Source: Actinomyces sp. (lineage in GTDB: Bacteria; Actinomycetota; Acidimicrobiia; Acidimicrobiales; Aldehydirespiratoraceae). Taken from it: a stretch of 41,281 nt of DNA. Location: contig RFFY01000191.1 in the NCBI GenBank assembly GCA_003697065.1, positions 1-41,281 on the forward strand, written 5' to 3'. Below, piece after piece: positions 1 through 9,710 of the stretch. The position numbers and the translations under genes were made by a program. The first letter of the stretch is position 1, and every line of letters begins with the position of its first letter. The notes under the pieces were generated by a model. That model searched no databases and was not told where the DNA came from. It worked only from the letters and a program-made list of their open reading frames with translations.

Positions 1-375
1 GTGAGCGAGATCCGCCCGGCGTTCGAGCCGGGCCCGGCGCGGTGGATGTGGCCGACCGAGCGGGGGTCGCGGGTGGCATCGGGGGCGATCAACGCACGGT
101 TCGCTGCCTACCGCGACGCCATCGGTCTCGATCCGGTCCTGTCCCCGCATTGTCTGCGGCACTCCTACATCACCCACCAGCTCGAGGACGGGGTCGACCA
201 GTTGTTCGTGCAGCAACAGGTCGGACACCGGTGGGGGTCCTCGACCGCGGGTTACACCAAGGTGGGCAGCGACTACCTGCAGGCCGCTCTGGCCCGCGCC
301 TTGGAGCCGGCGTGGCACGACGACGGCGACGCCGAAGCGCCCGTCGCTGGAACCAACACGATGAGGAGGCGGTGA
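1..375 (+). CDS. Tyrosine recombinase, C-terminal part (5' truncated by window)
   Basis: HCLRH (HxxR), VGH and TAGYT (catalytic Tyr) motifs. Confidence 0.9.
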   Translation: MSEIRPAFEPGPARWMWPTERGSRVASGAINARFAAYRDAIGLDPVLSPHCLRHSYITHQLEDGVDQLFVQQQVGHRWGSSTAGYTKVGSDYLQAALARALEPAWHDDGDAEAPVAGTNTMRRR

Positions 376-710
376 TGGCGGCCAAGCTCGGCTATCAGTG
401 GAACCTGCGGTTGTTGATGGCCGAGGCCGGCATGTTCGCGACCACCGACTTGGTGCCGTTGCTTGCCGAACGGGGGATCGTGTTGTCCTCGACGCAGGTG
501 TACCGGCTGGTGACCCAGACCCCGGAACGGTTGAGCCTGCCCGCGTTGATGGCGTTGTGCGACATCCTCGACTGCACCCCGAACGATCTGATCGAACCGG
601 TGGCCAAGACTCGCACCAAGCGCGCCGCCGCCAGCGGCACCGGTCGTAGGGGCGCAGCGAGTTCGCTCAAGGGTCGACGTCCCCGCCGAGCCGAGATCAC
701 CGACCAGTGA
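375..710 (+). CDS. XRE/Cro-C1-type HTH protein
   Basis: MAAKLGYQWNLRLLMAE...LMALCDILDCTPNDLIEP; ATG overlaps integrase stop (TGATG); AGGAGG upstream. Confidence 0.85.
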   Translation: MAAKLGYQWNLRLLMAEAGMFATTDLVPLLAERGIVLSSTQVYRLVTQTPERLSLPALMALCDILDCTPNDLIEPVAKTRTKRAAASGTGRRGAASSLKGRRPRRAEITDQ

Positions 711-3094
711 CCGAACAGGTTGGCGTTTGTGCACGGTGTGGCCGCCGGGTGCGGCTGCCGGGACGTCGCCCCGAGGGGCGGATCTGCTCCAACTGCGTAG
801 GCATCCAGAACAGCGACCACTGCGGCACGTGCGGCGACTACCGGCGTGTGTTCGGCCGCGACCCGGACGGGGTCGTGTGGTGCGAACGCTGCGCCCGCCG
901 CCACCGAGCCCAGGTCGTCGACGCGCACCGCCGAACCCGAATCATCGCCGCCGTCGCCCGGGCCGACCCGACGATGGACACGACCGTCATCGACGCCGTG
1001 CTGGCCGCCGAAGTGACGTCGCGTCGGTCGCTGGGCAATCTCGATCGCTGTCTCGCCGACCATCCTGAGGCGTTGGACGTCGGGCCGACGAGCACCGTCG
1101 CCGTGCTGGACCGCTTCGTCTCCGGGCTCGTCAATGCTGGTTCGACCCGGATCGTCGGCATCCACCCGGTCTGTGAACGGTGTGGTCGCCAGCGGCGCTG
1201 GCATGCTCGCACCGACACGGGCGGGGTGTGCTCGACGTGCTGGGCACGCACCCACCGCGAACCGTGCGTCGAGTGCGGACGGGCCCGACGGGTCGACCAC
1301 CGCGAGGCTGGCCGGCCGGTGTGCGCACCGTGCCAGACACAGCGACGACGACGTCGGCAGCTTGACGACCTCACCGCCGCCATCATCGACTTGATCCGGG
1401 CTGCCGACCCAGACATCGATGCTGGTGCCGTCACAGCTGCCGTCGACAGGGTTGCGCCGAAGGTGCCGACGAGGAAGGCAATGATGCGGGGGCTCCAGGC
1501 ACAACCAGACCTTTCGAGCAGCACCCACCAGCCAGCGAAGATCGCTCAGCTCCTCAACGACCTGCGGGCGGCCGGATCATCGCTGCCGGCGGTGCTGTGC
1601 GAGGTCTGCGACGGCCCAGCGGTGCCACTGATCGTCTACCTCGATGTCGCGCGTTGCCGGCGGTGCGCAACCCGATGCCCCGACTGCGACCGACACACCA
1701 AGGAACCCAACGGTCCACGTTGTGGCCGATGCGATGCCGGGCCACGAGGCACTTGCTCGGACTGTGGCCGTGTCAACCGGCTCCTCGATCGAGCCGGTCG
1801 GTGCCGGAGGTGCCGTGAACTGAAAGAGCGGCGCTGTACGCGCTGCAATGACCGGGCGCCGCGGACCTTCGACCAGGGCCGATGGCTCTGTCAGCCGTGC
1901 GCGCTCGGGGTGGACCTCGATCAGCGCCTCGGGCCGGTCGACAAGCTGCCCGCTCCCTTGGCCGCTGTGCGGAGGGCGATCGCCGCCGCGGACAATCCAA
2001 CCCGGGTGAGGCGCTGGCTGCGGGCCAGCACCGCCGGTCATGTGCTCGCCGGTCTCGCCGACGGCACCATCGCCTTGACCCATGACGCACTCGACACCCA
2101 CGCCGACGGCGACCGCGGCATCGACTATCTCCGCGCCCTGCTCGTCGCATCCGGCGCGTTGCCAGCCGAGGACCGCACCATCCACCGGTTCGAAGACTTC
2201 GCCCGACACCAGATGGATGCCGTCACCGATGCCGGGGACCGGACCGCCCTGGCCGGCTGGCTGCGCTGGCAGATCCTCCCCCGGCTCCGCCTACGGGCTG
2301 AGTCCGGCAAGCCCATGGCCTACAGTGCCAACAACGCCCGCCGAGCGTTTCGCCAGGCCAGCCATCTGCTCGCCGCCCTCGCCGACCGAGACCGGAACCT
2401 GAAGACCTGTCGCCAGACCGACATCGACGACTGGTTCTCCACCAGCGGCCACAGCGTGTGGCAGGTCCGCCCGTTCCTCACCTGGGCCATGACCAGAGGC
2501 CACGTCTCTGCCGGAGTGTCGATCCCGGCGACGCCGCCGCGGACCCTGAGACCGGTGCTCGATGACGCCGCGCGCTGGATCATGGCCCGCCAGCTCGTCA
2601 CCGACACCACGCTCAACGACGCCGACCGCGTCGCCGGCGCCCTTTTGGTCCTCTATGGGCAACCGCTGACGCGCATCGCCGCCATCACCACCGGCGACAT
2701 CCACCACAGCAGCGACGGAACCACGATCGTCGAGCTCGGCGGGCATCCTGTGCCGTTGCACGAGCCGTTCGTCACGCTCATCTGCCAGCTCCCCCACCGT
2801 GACACGCAGGGCATGTCCGACCAGCTCGACCGCACCGGCTGGCTGTTCCCCGGACGCCACGCCGACCGCCACATCAGCCCCAACGCGCTCGGCGTCCGGC
2901 TCCGGCGCATCGGCATCGAAGCCCGCCTCATGCGCAACAGCGCCCGAGCCCAACTCGCCACCGAAATCCCGCCCGCCTTGCTGGGCGAGATCCTTGGCGT
3001 CAACGCCACGACCGCCACCCGCTGGGCGGCGCTGACGGCGGGCAACTGGACCGACTACGTCGCGGCATCCGTCAGCACTCGCAGCGGAGACTGA
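707..3094 (+). CDS. Large multi-zinc-ribbon protein with degenerate tyrosine-recombinase-like C-terminus
   Basis: 16 CxxC pairs; C-terminal LYGQPLTRI...WLFPG...RLMRNSA...LGV...TRW follows integrase box layout without catalytic residues; GTGA overlap. Confidence 0.8.
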   Translation: MTEQVGVCARCGRRVRLPGRRPEGRICSNCVGIQNSDHCGTCGDYRRVFGRDPDGVVWCERCARRHRAQVVDAHRRTRIIAAVARADPTMDTTVIDAVLAAEVTSRRSLGNLDRCLADHPEALDVGPTSTVAVLDRFVSGLVNAGSTRIVGIHPVCERCGRQRRWHARTDTGGVCSTCWARTHREPCVECGRARRVDHREAGRPVCAPCQTQRRRRRQLDDLTAAIIDLIRAADPDIDAGAVTAAVDRVAPKVPTRKAMMRGLQAQPDLSSSTHQPAKIAQLLNDLRAAGSSLPAVLCEVCDGPAVPLIVYLDVARCRRCATRCPDCDRHTKEPNGPRCGRCDAGPRGTCSDCGRVNRLLDRAGRCRRCRELKERRCTRCNDRAPRTFDQGRWLCQPCALGVDLDQRLGPVDKLPAPLAAVRRAIAAADNPTRVRRWLRASTAGHVLAGLADGTIALTHDALDTHADGDRGIDYLRALLVASGALPAEDRTIHRFEDFARHQMDAVTDAGDRTALAGWLRWQILPRLRLRAESGKPMAYSANNARRAFRQASHLLAALADRDRNLKTCRQTDIDDWFSTSGHSVWQVRPFLTWAMTRGHVSAGVSIPATPPRTLRPVLDDAARWIMARQLVTDTTLNDADRVAGALLVLYGQPLTRIAAITTGDIHHSSDGTTIVELGGHPVPLHEPFVTLICQLPHRDTQGMSDQLDRTGWLFPGRHADRHISPNALGVRLRRIGIEARLMRNSARAQLATEIPPALLGEILGVNATTATRWAALTAGNWTDYVAASVSTRSGD

Positions 3095-3176
3095 GCGTGG
3101 CCGGTCTTGACGTACTCCACCTCAAGCGCGAGTCTCGATATACGAAGTGAATGAGGCGGATCTGGGGGAACAAGTC

Positions 3177-4364
3177 ATGAGATTTCGAACGTGCGCAATG
3201 GCGGTTCTTGTACTCGCGGGACTGGGACTCGCTGGACCCCCCATTGCACATGCAGAACAGTCCGGGGCGGTAGCCGACCAAACCCTTGAGGATCGTCCCG
3301 ACACTCAGCCGGTCCACGAGGACCGGGCCAGGGGATTCGCGCCGGCAGAACCGGGTGAGCCTGGGCCGACACTCCCATTCCCAGGACTGACTCGAAAGGA
3401 GGCGAACGAGGCGCGAGCCGAGCTCGCCAAACAAGATGCGCGAGACTTCGCCGCCGCTGCACGGGCCGACTCCCAGTACCGAGAGTCCGGTGGCGAGCGC
3501 GGGCCCGTGGACCCGCAGCTCGATCACGGAGAGCCGACCGACTACGAACCCAGCGATGATTCACCGAGGCAGGTACCAGAGCTGGCGCCGTCGGCCGACA
3601 AGGGCACGGGTGGAGCCGAAGCAGCGAGCGGCTGCTCGGGTAACTGCTACCAGTCCGATCGAATCCAGCTGACGGATCCAAGCACACCCTTGTACGCCAG
3701 CGAATACTGGGTCTGGCTCGCCGTGCCCCAGACCTACGAGACGAACAAGTGCGACGGCAACGGATACTCGAGTGCCTGCTTCTGGTTCGCCGCAATGAAT
3801 CACTACACCAACTCCTCGACCTCTACGGCGGCATTCCACATCGGGCCGCAACGAGGAACCAGCATCGCCGGAGCGACCGGAACCCAGTGGCGAATGAACA
3901 TCGACGGCTACATCAACGGCTCGCACATCGGAGGACAGAGTTCGGTCTCGCTCCCAGTCGCAACATGGATTCGCGTCAGAACGTGGCGGCTTTCGTACGG
4001 CAGCGGGGGCGGCGGGCCGTGGTCCACGTGGGGCGTTTGGGCCTACTACAACGGCTCTGACCACTACCTGGGATCGCTCACGATCGACGGTCAGCTTCTC
4101 ACCGACTCGATTGTGTTCCAGGAGATCTACGAAGAGAACGGTCAGTGCACGACGGACTTCGAGCGCACCTACTTCAACGACTATCGCTGGTGGAACACGT
4201 CAGCGTCGCAGCAGCCGTACTCGAAGGGGACTGCTGACTACGAATCGAACTGCGTCACCACTTCGTGGGAGCGTCCGACCCAGTACAGCGGCGAGTTCCT
4301 GCGCGACGAACGCGAGACGGTACGCAGCATCGGACAGGGCTGGACCTTGTGGCAGTACATCTGA
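3177..4364 (+). CDS. Secreted protein (signal peptide, acidic pro-like region, Trp/Tyr-rich beta domain); possibly glutamic-peptidase-like
   Basis: MRFRTCAMAVLVLAGLGLAGPPIAHA signal peptide with AxA site; function is a guess. Confidence 0.7.
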   Translation: MRFRTCAMAVLVLAGLGLAGPPIAHAEQSGAVADQTLEDRPDTQPVHEDRARGFAPAEPGEPGPTLPFPGLTRKEANEARAELAKQDARDFAAAARADSQYRESGGERGPVDPQLDHGEPTDYEPSDDSPRQVPELAPSADKGTGGAEAASGCSGNCYQSDRIQLTDPSTPLYASEYWVWLAVPQTYETNKCDGNGYSSACFWFAAMNHYTNSSTSTAAFHIGPQRGTSIAGATGTQWRMNIDGYINGSHIGGQSSVSLPVATWIRVRTWRLSYGSGGGGPWSTWGVWAYYNGSDHYLGSLTIDGQLLTDSIVFQEIYEENGQCTTDFERTYFNDYRWWNTSASQQPYSKGTADYESNCVTTSWERPTQYSGEFLRDERETVRSIGQGWTLWQYI

Positions 4365-4389
4365 CACTCGAATAGATCGAGGCAAGACA

Positions 4390-4968
4390 ATGCCCGTACC
4401 CTCAAGAGTCCTCCTCGTTCTGATGGGGTCGTTCGCCCTAGGAGCTTCGCTCGCAGGCTGCGGTAGCGGCGCGGACGATCCGGCCCACGCCGGCGGCGAC
4501 CTTCCCGCAACTCGCATCCAACCAACGCAGGACACCGCGCCTGCGTCCTCATCCGAATGGCAATGGCAAGCGCCAAGCGATCCCACTCCAACGGTTGCGG
4601 GAAACGGCCTCACACTTCTCGTGCCTGTCTCCTCACCAGACGATGATGTTGCTGCTCTGACGCTTCGGGTAACCCCCGGCGAGCACGGGAGCCCCGGCGC
4701 GACCGTGGAAGTTGCCTGGAGTGACTCACAAGCCGCACTTGTGATGTCTGCCATCGACCAGACAGCCGACTGCCGCGATCGCACCGATGCCGAGTGGCAC
4801 GACACGACCATCCGAGGGAGTTCTGGCTGCGAGTTCCAGAATGCCGCTGGCATCTACTTCGCCGCGTGGGCTGCCGACGGCACCGCGTACTTGTTCAGCT
4901 CCCGTGAGGTCGCTGGAGAAGCGGCCCTCGCGTATCTCAGCGCCTGGACGCCACTCGAGACCTCGTAG
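4390..4968 (+). CDS. Putative lipoprotein
   Basis: Hydrophobic N-terminus ending in lipobox LAGC; GAGG upstream. Confidence 0.75.
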   Translation: MPVPSRVLLVLMGSFALGASLAGCGSGADDPAHAGGDLPATRIQPTQDTAPASSSEWQWQAPSDPTPTVAGNGLTLLVPVSSPDDDVAALTLRVTPGEHGSPGATVEVAWSDSQAALVMSAIDQTADCRDRTDAEWHDTTIRGSSGCEFQNAAGIYFAAWAADGTAYLFSSREVAGEAALAYLSAWTPLETS

Positions 4969-5084
4969 TCATTGCGGCCTCACCTGTCGACACGCCAGGG
5001 GACATCCGCACGGCCGTCATCCCGGCGAGGAGCTGACGGATCCTCGCCCGATTCACCGACTTCGGACATGTCACTTCCGCCGGT

Positions 5085-5728
5085 CGCGTGACGGCCCCGG
5101 TTGTGGCGGGGGTCGTGGGGGGTGAGCTTGGCGAACGGCACGTTGCCGATCACCAAGTCAAAACAGCCGTCTTCGACCCGCAGCTCCTCGAAGGCGCCAG
5201 CGACGATGGTGGCCCGAGCGCCGTAGAGGTGCTCGGCAATTGCTGCGGTGGTCGGGTCGAGCTCCACGCCGGTCAGCAGTGCTCCGGGCGGAGCGAAGCC
5301 CAGGAAGTTGCCCGACCCGCAGCCCGGTTCGAGCACCGCGGCATCTCCGGTCACACCGAGGTCGGCTGCCGCCTGCCACATGACCTGCACGACCGCCGCC
5401 GAGGTGTAGTGGGCGTTCAGCGTGGTGCGCCGGGCCTGAGCCCAGGCCTCGTCGGTGCCCAGCAGGCGGCGCAGCTCGGCCCGTTCGTCGCGGTAGCGCT
5501 CGTCGGTCTCATCGAAGACCTGGGGAATGGCGCCCCAGCCGGACCATCGGGCCAGCACCGCCTGCTCGGCCGGTGTGGCCCACCGGTCGCCGTCGGCCCG
5601 GCATCGGGCCAGCACCGCGAGCGCCTCGAGATTGGCGCGCAGCTTGGCCGCAGCACCGGCTGGGGCCAAGTCGTGTTGACCGGTGGGGTGGAACGCCGCC
5701 GGGCGAGGCCGGTCGGCCGACCGGTCGT
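5085..5728 (-). pseudogene. N-terminal fragment of a large N6-adenine DNA methylase/SNF2-helicase (DarB-like), truncated by insertion
   Basis: KLRANLEAL, LARWSGWGA, TTLNAHYT, VLEPGCGSGNF (SAM motif I), GNVPF (motif IV); sequence degenerates after NRGRH; start uncertain. Confidence 0.8.
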
Positions 5729-6088
5729 CTACAGGGGGGTGTTGATGGCCTGGTTGATCTCGGCCAGCAGCCGGTAGCGGTGCTCCAGGTCGCCGTCGTC
5801 GGCCTCGGGGGTCTCGGCGGTCGGGTCCGGCTCCGGTTGCATCAGCAGGTGCTCGGCCAGGATCAGCTCCTCGGCGGTCGCCCACGCCTGGTAGCCGCGC
5901 AGCCGGTATGCCTCCGGGCTCTCCCCCTGGCGGATCGGGCCGAGAATCTCGTCGCGCAGGCGGCTCACCGCCTCGGCGATCTGCTCGCCCACGGCGGCGA
6001 AGAACGACTCCGGGGCGGGGATCTGCGAATAGGCGGCCGGGCGGTGCCGGCGGTTGTGGTCCAGGACCAACTGCCCGTAACGGTTCAT
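5729..6088 (-). CDS. Small ICE protein, TnpV-like
   Basis: MNRYGQLVLDHNRRHRPAAYSQI...ATAEELIL resembles TnpV pattern; AGGAGG RBS. Confidence 0.65.
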   Translation of the reverse strand: MNRYGQLVLDHNRRHRPAAYSQIPAPESFFAAVGEQIAEAVSRLRDEILGPIRQGESPEAYRLRGYQAWATAEELILAEHLLMQPEPDPTAETPEADDGDLEHRYRLLAEINQAINTPL

Positions 6089-6245
6089 GGTGCGCCTCCT
6101 GCGCCGACGTCGTGTCGGCTTCCACCGGGGGGAGCGCCGGATCGAACAGCGAGAGCTGCCCGGAACGACGAAGGCGGGCGCTCCGATCGCTTCGCCCCAC
6201 GCTATCCCCACCTGCCACCCCGAGCGGTGAATCCCAGCCGAGCGG

Positions 6246-6635
6246 TCACACGCCCCGACCCTCGACCCGGCCCGGTCCGGCCGTGTGGCCGACAGAGCGG
6301 GCCGAAACTGGCGCCACGTCGGCGTGTCCCGCGTCGGAGCGTTCCACCCGGCGGTCGTCGAGCACAGTGACCCGCTCCCGGGCGGTCTGGGGCGCCTCGG
6401 CGAGGTTGCGGACCCACATCTCCTGGGTGCCATCCACCGCCAGCCGGCGGAACCCGGCGGCGGCCAGAGCCGCTCGTGTCCGGTCTCCGGGATCGCTACG
6501 CACCAGGGCGATCTGGTGGCGGTTCGGGTCATAGACCACCTCGACGCGGCGCCCCGCCCACACCCCGGCCGGTTCGGCCACCCAACCCACCGGGGCCAGG
6601 CGGGCCCGGTGGGTAGCCCGCAGGAACGGCCTCAC
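6246..6635 (-). CDS. Hypothetical protein
   Basis: GTG overlaps coupling-protein stop (GTGA); protein-like composition. Confidence 0.55.
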   Translation of the reverse strand: MRPFLRATHRARLAPVGWVAEPAGVWAGRRVEVVYDPNRHQIALVRSDPGDRTRAALAAAGFRRLAVDGTQEMWVRNLAEAPQTARERVTVLDDRRVERSDAGHADVAPVSARSVGHTAGPGRVEGRGV

Positions 6636-8536
6636 CGCCGGCCTCCGTCCCGGGCGGGCATCGCCGGTCCTGCCGACCCGAACGCTTCGACCTCGACCGG
6701 TGCGTGGCGGCCGTCGGGGGCGGTGACCACCAGCGAGGACCGCTCGATCAGACGGCGGCTCCCATAGAAGGGCCGGGTCCGCACGTGCGCCGGCGGAAGC
6801 GTGCCGTGCAACAACAGCGCGTCTCCTGGGCGCATCTGGCGCAGCACGTGCGGTGGGGTCAGCGGCACCCGCACCGTGGCGAACTGATCTGACCCGCCGT
6901 GGAGCCGCTCGGTGGCCGAATGCGACCGGGTGTCCACCTCGGCTTCGCCCAGCACCTGGTCCACGTATCGCAGTGACGCCGGGTCCGACAGCCCGGCGTA
7001 GAACACCTTGGTGAGGTGGTTGGTCAGGATCGTGTCCGCTGCCTTGCCGTAGGCGACCTCGATCTGGGCCAGCGACTGCCAGATCGTCACCAGCAGCACA
7101 CCGATGCCGGCCAGGGTCGACGCGTACTCCGGCAGGGCCCGCAGCGGGGTGTTCCCAGCCTCGTCGATCACCACCAGCAGCGGCGGATCCAGCGGCCCGC
7201 CGGTCGCGGCCACATGCCGGTACGCCTGATTGATCAGATCGTTCAGCAGGCCACCGAACGCCGGGGCGAGCCGACGCTGATCCTCGATCGGCGAACACAG
7301 ATACACCGTGTTGGGGCCCGACAACAGCCACGGCAGATCGACCCCGGATGCGGTTGGTCCCCGCCCGGTCGACCTCGGGGCACGCGCCGAGGCGGCCACC
7401 CCTGGGTCGGTCCACGGCCAGATCACCGTCTGGGCGGTCGCGTAGATCGACGAGCGGGTGCGCTCCTCCATCTCCCACACCGACACCAGACCCTTGGCAG
7501 CCTCCAGCGCGCCACGGGCCACCACGGCGTTGTTCGACCGGCACAAAACCTCCAGCGCCGCGCGCACCTCCCCAGGGCCCAGCTCCCCGGGGCGATCCTG
7601 GGTGAGCACCCACTCGCACACGGCGTCCATGTCCCGGTGGGCGTGATGGGCCACGAACAACAGACCCGACAACAAGATCTCCGCCTGGGCCAGCCAGAAG
7701 TCCAGACCGCCCTCCACCCCGCCCTTGGGGGCCGCGTCACACAGCGCCCGGGCCGCCCGCTGGGCGCCGGCCACCGTGCCCGCCTGCTGCAGGGGCGACC
7801 ACCACGCCGAGGTCGCCCGAGGCACCGTCGAGCCGGTTGGGTCATAGACCCGCACCTCACCCAGCCGGGAACGCCATCCCTGGGTGGCGGCCAGCAGATC
7901 GGCCTTCACCGACGACAACACCGCCGGACCGTCCCAGTCCAAGATACCGGCCACCGCGGCGGTGGTCTTTCCCGACCGCGACGGGCCCACCAGCGCGACC
8001 GCTCCCCGATCGCCCCGCCGGCCCCGGTTCGCCCGCCACGACCGGCCCGATACCCGGGGTGGCGGTGCTTCGGTCGCCACCAGACGCCGACCGAACCGGG
8101 CGAACACGAACCGGCCCGACACCGGACCCGACACCAGCACCGGCGCAAGATCACGACGGGATGCGAACCTGGTCCGGGCGTCCACACCCAGGGGGCGGCG
8201 CCGCGCCGTCCCCACGCGGGAGCGGCCCCACCACCGCACCGCCAACCCGACAACCACGACAGCCGCTACTGCGGCCGCGGTCGTGGTCAGCCAATAGACC
8301 GGTGCGCTCGGCAGCAACCCCCGCTAGGGCTCCGGCCACGCCAACGCCGGCGTCGACACATTCCCCGGCAGCCGCCCCACTGCCTCCGCCGCAGCGCCCA
8401 GCGGCAGCCCCCGCCCCGAACCCGAGACCGCCAACGCCAACCACGCACCAGCCCACACCACCCCCACCACGGCGAGCCCCACCCCCGCCACCGCCACCAC
8501 CAGCACCTCGAACACGCCGACACCATCACGGTCCAT
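6632..8536 (-). pseudogene. virD4: Type IV coupling protein (VirD4/TraG/TraD family) with in-frame amber stop at 8324-8326
   Basis: Walker A GPSRSGKT, Walker B VVIDEAGN, IWQSLAQI; ORFs 8324-8536 and 6632-8317 are in one frame separated by a single TAG. Confidence 0.85.
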
Positions 8537-8542
8537 ACCCCC

Positions 8543-8571
8543 GTAAGCCCGGACCGACGGGCAGACTTCGC
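8543..8571 (-). promoter_or_regulatory. Putative transfer-regulon promoter copy 1 (GCGAAGTC-N14-GGCTTAC), 6 nt before virD4 ATG
   Basis: Motif shared at fixed spacing with four other sites. Confidence 0.7.
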
Positions 8572-8728
8572 GAATGGCACCCCTCGACGTGGGCCCGGAC
8601 GATCAAATCACGACTGCGTTGGGCGTGATGGCGAGGGCTGCTCCGACCATCGCCGTAGCATCGGTGTCAATGCCCCTGGTCTGGATGCCTATGGGAGTCG
8701 GTCTTGATCAAGCAAAGGTAGTCAGCTG

Positions 8729-9682
8729 GTGCGGTCGCGAAGCCAAGAGCTAGTTGATCGCGCTATCGCTGCGATGATCGCCGCGATCGACGCTCATAAT
8801 CGGTTACAAGCCTCCTATCGGGAGGAGACCTTCTCGATTCTGGCCGTGAACGCCTGGGAGTTGCTGCTGAAGGCCAAGTGGCTGGCGGAAAACAAAAACC
8901 GTCTAAACAGCCTATACATCAATGAGGCCAAAGCAGGTAGCCGTCGACGCCGCTACAAGAAGTCCCGTTCCGGCACGTACAGGACCCACGGCCTCCTGTA
9001 TCTGGCTAGAAAGCTGTCCGCGGACGGAATCTTGGATGATATCGCCCTCAGAAATCTCGAAGCAATGGTTGAAGTGCGCGATACGGCAATCCACTTCTAC
9101 AGCCCAAGATCCCGAATCTCAGCAGAGCTATTCGGGCTAGCACTGGCCTGTGTAAAGAACTTCACTTCGGCAGCGGAGGATTGGTTTGGACAGAATCTGG
9201 CGGACCTCAGGACGAGTGTGCTTCCGATTTCGCTAGGACCGGTCAACCTACGCGACTTTGAGGCCCTTTCCACAGACGAACGATCGTTCCTGAGATACCT
9301 CGAAGAACAGAGACCTGAGCACGACGATGGCTCCGGCTCCTACGCGTTCGCAGTTGCGATTGAAGTCAAGTTGGTCGGCTCCGGATCACCAGAAGCAACT
9401 TCGGTCCGGTTGACATCTGATCCGTCAGCCCCCGCCATCAGGCTGACCGAAAAGCAGGTCAAAGACCGCTACCCATGGGACTATAAGGAGTTAACACGCC
9501 GCTGCAAGGAGCGCTATTCAGGCTTTAAGGTCAATAGCGAGTATCACTCACTGCGGAAGGCCCTAGAGAATGACCCAAAGTACGCACACGAGCGGCGACT
9601 CGATCCGGATAAGCCAAGACCAAAGAAGGTATTCTACTCGCCGGCAATACTTGAGGTTCTTGACCGCCACTACAAACGGTAA
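8729..9682 (+). CDS. DUF3644-like protein with HEPN-type Rx4H motif
   Basis: YREETFSILAVNAWELLLKA signature, RDTAIH; more AT-rich than flanks. Confidence 0.75.
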   Translation: MRSRSQELVDRAIAAMIAAIDAHNRLQASYREETFSILAVNAWELLLKAKWLAENKNRLNSLYINEAKAGSRRRRYKKSRSGTYRTHGLLYLARKLSADGILDDIALRNLEAMVEVRDTAIHFYSPRSRISAELFGLALACVKNFTSAAEDWFGQNLADLRTSVLPISLGPVNLRDFEALSTDERSFLRYLEEQRPEHDDGSGSYAFAVAIEVKLVGSGSPEATSVRLTSDPSAPAIRLTEKQVKDRYPWDYKELTRRCKERYSGFKVNSEYHSLRKALENDPKYAHERRLDPDKPRPKKVFYSPAILEVLDRHYKR

Positions 9683-9710
9683 AGGCAATCGAATCTTGCT
9701 GGGTCGCTAG

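Larger units (their letters stand above)
1..5087. mobile_element. Tyrosine-recombinase three-gene element with cargo, nested in the ICE (left end outside window; right end approximate)
   Basis: Coupled integrase/XRE/Zn-ribbon genes plus two cargo genes; the neighbouring methylase ORF loses recognisable sequence at ~5085. Confidence 0.65.

Noticed and set aside
8324..8326. Programmed amber readthrough (pyrrolysine) in virD4
   Set aside because: No pyl genes in the window; a point mutation or error is simpler
7016..8707. Long + strand ORF (563 aa) and similar long shadow ORFs (9707-11314, 35472-36833, 38170-39720)
   Set aside because: Antisense to well-supported genes; expected in high-GC DNA; no recognisable motifs
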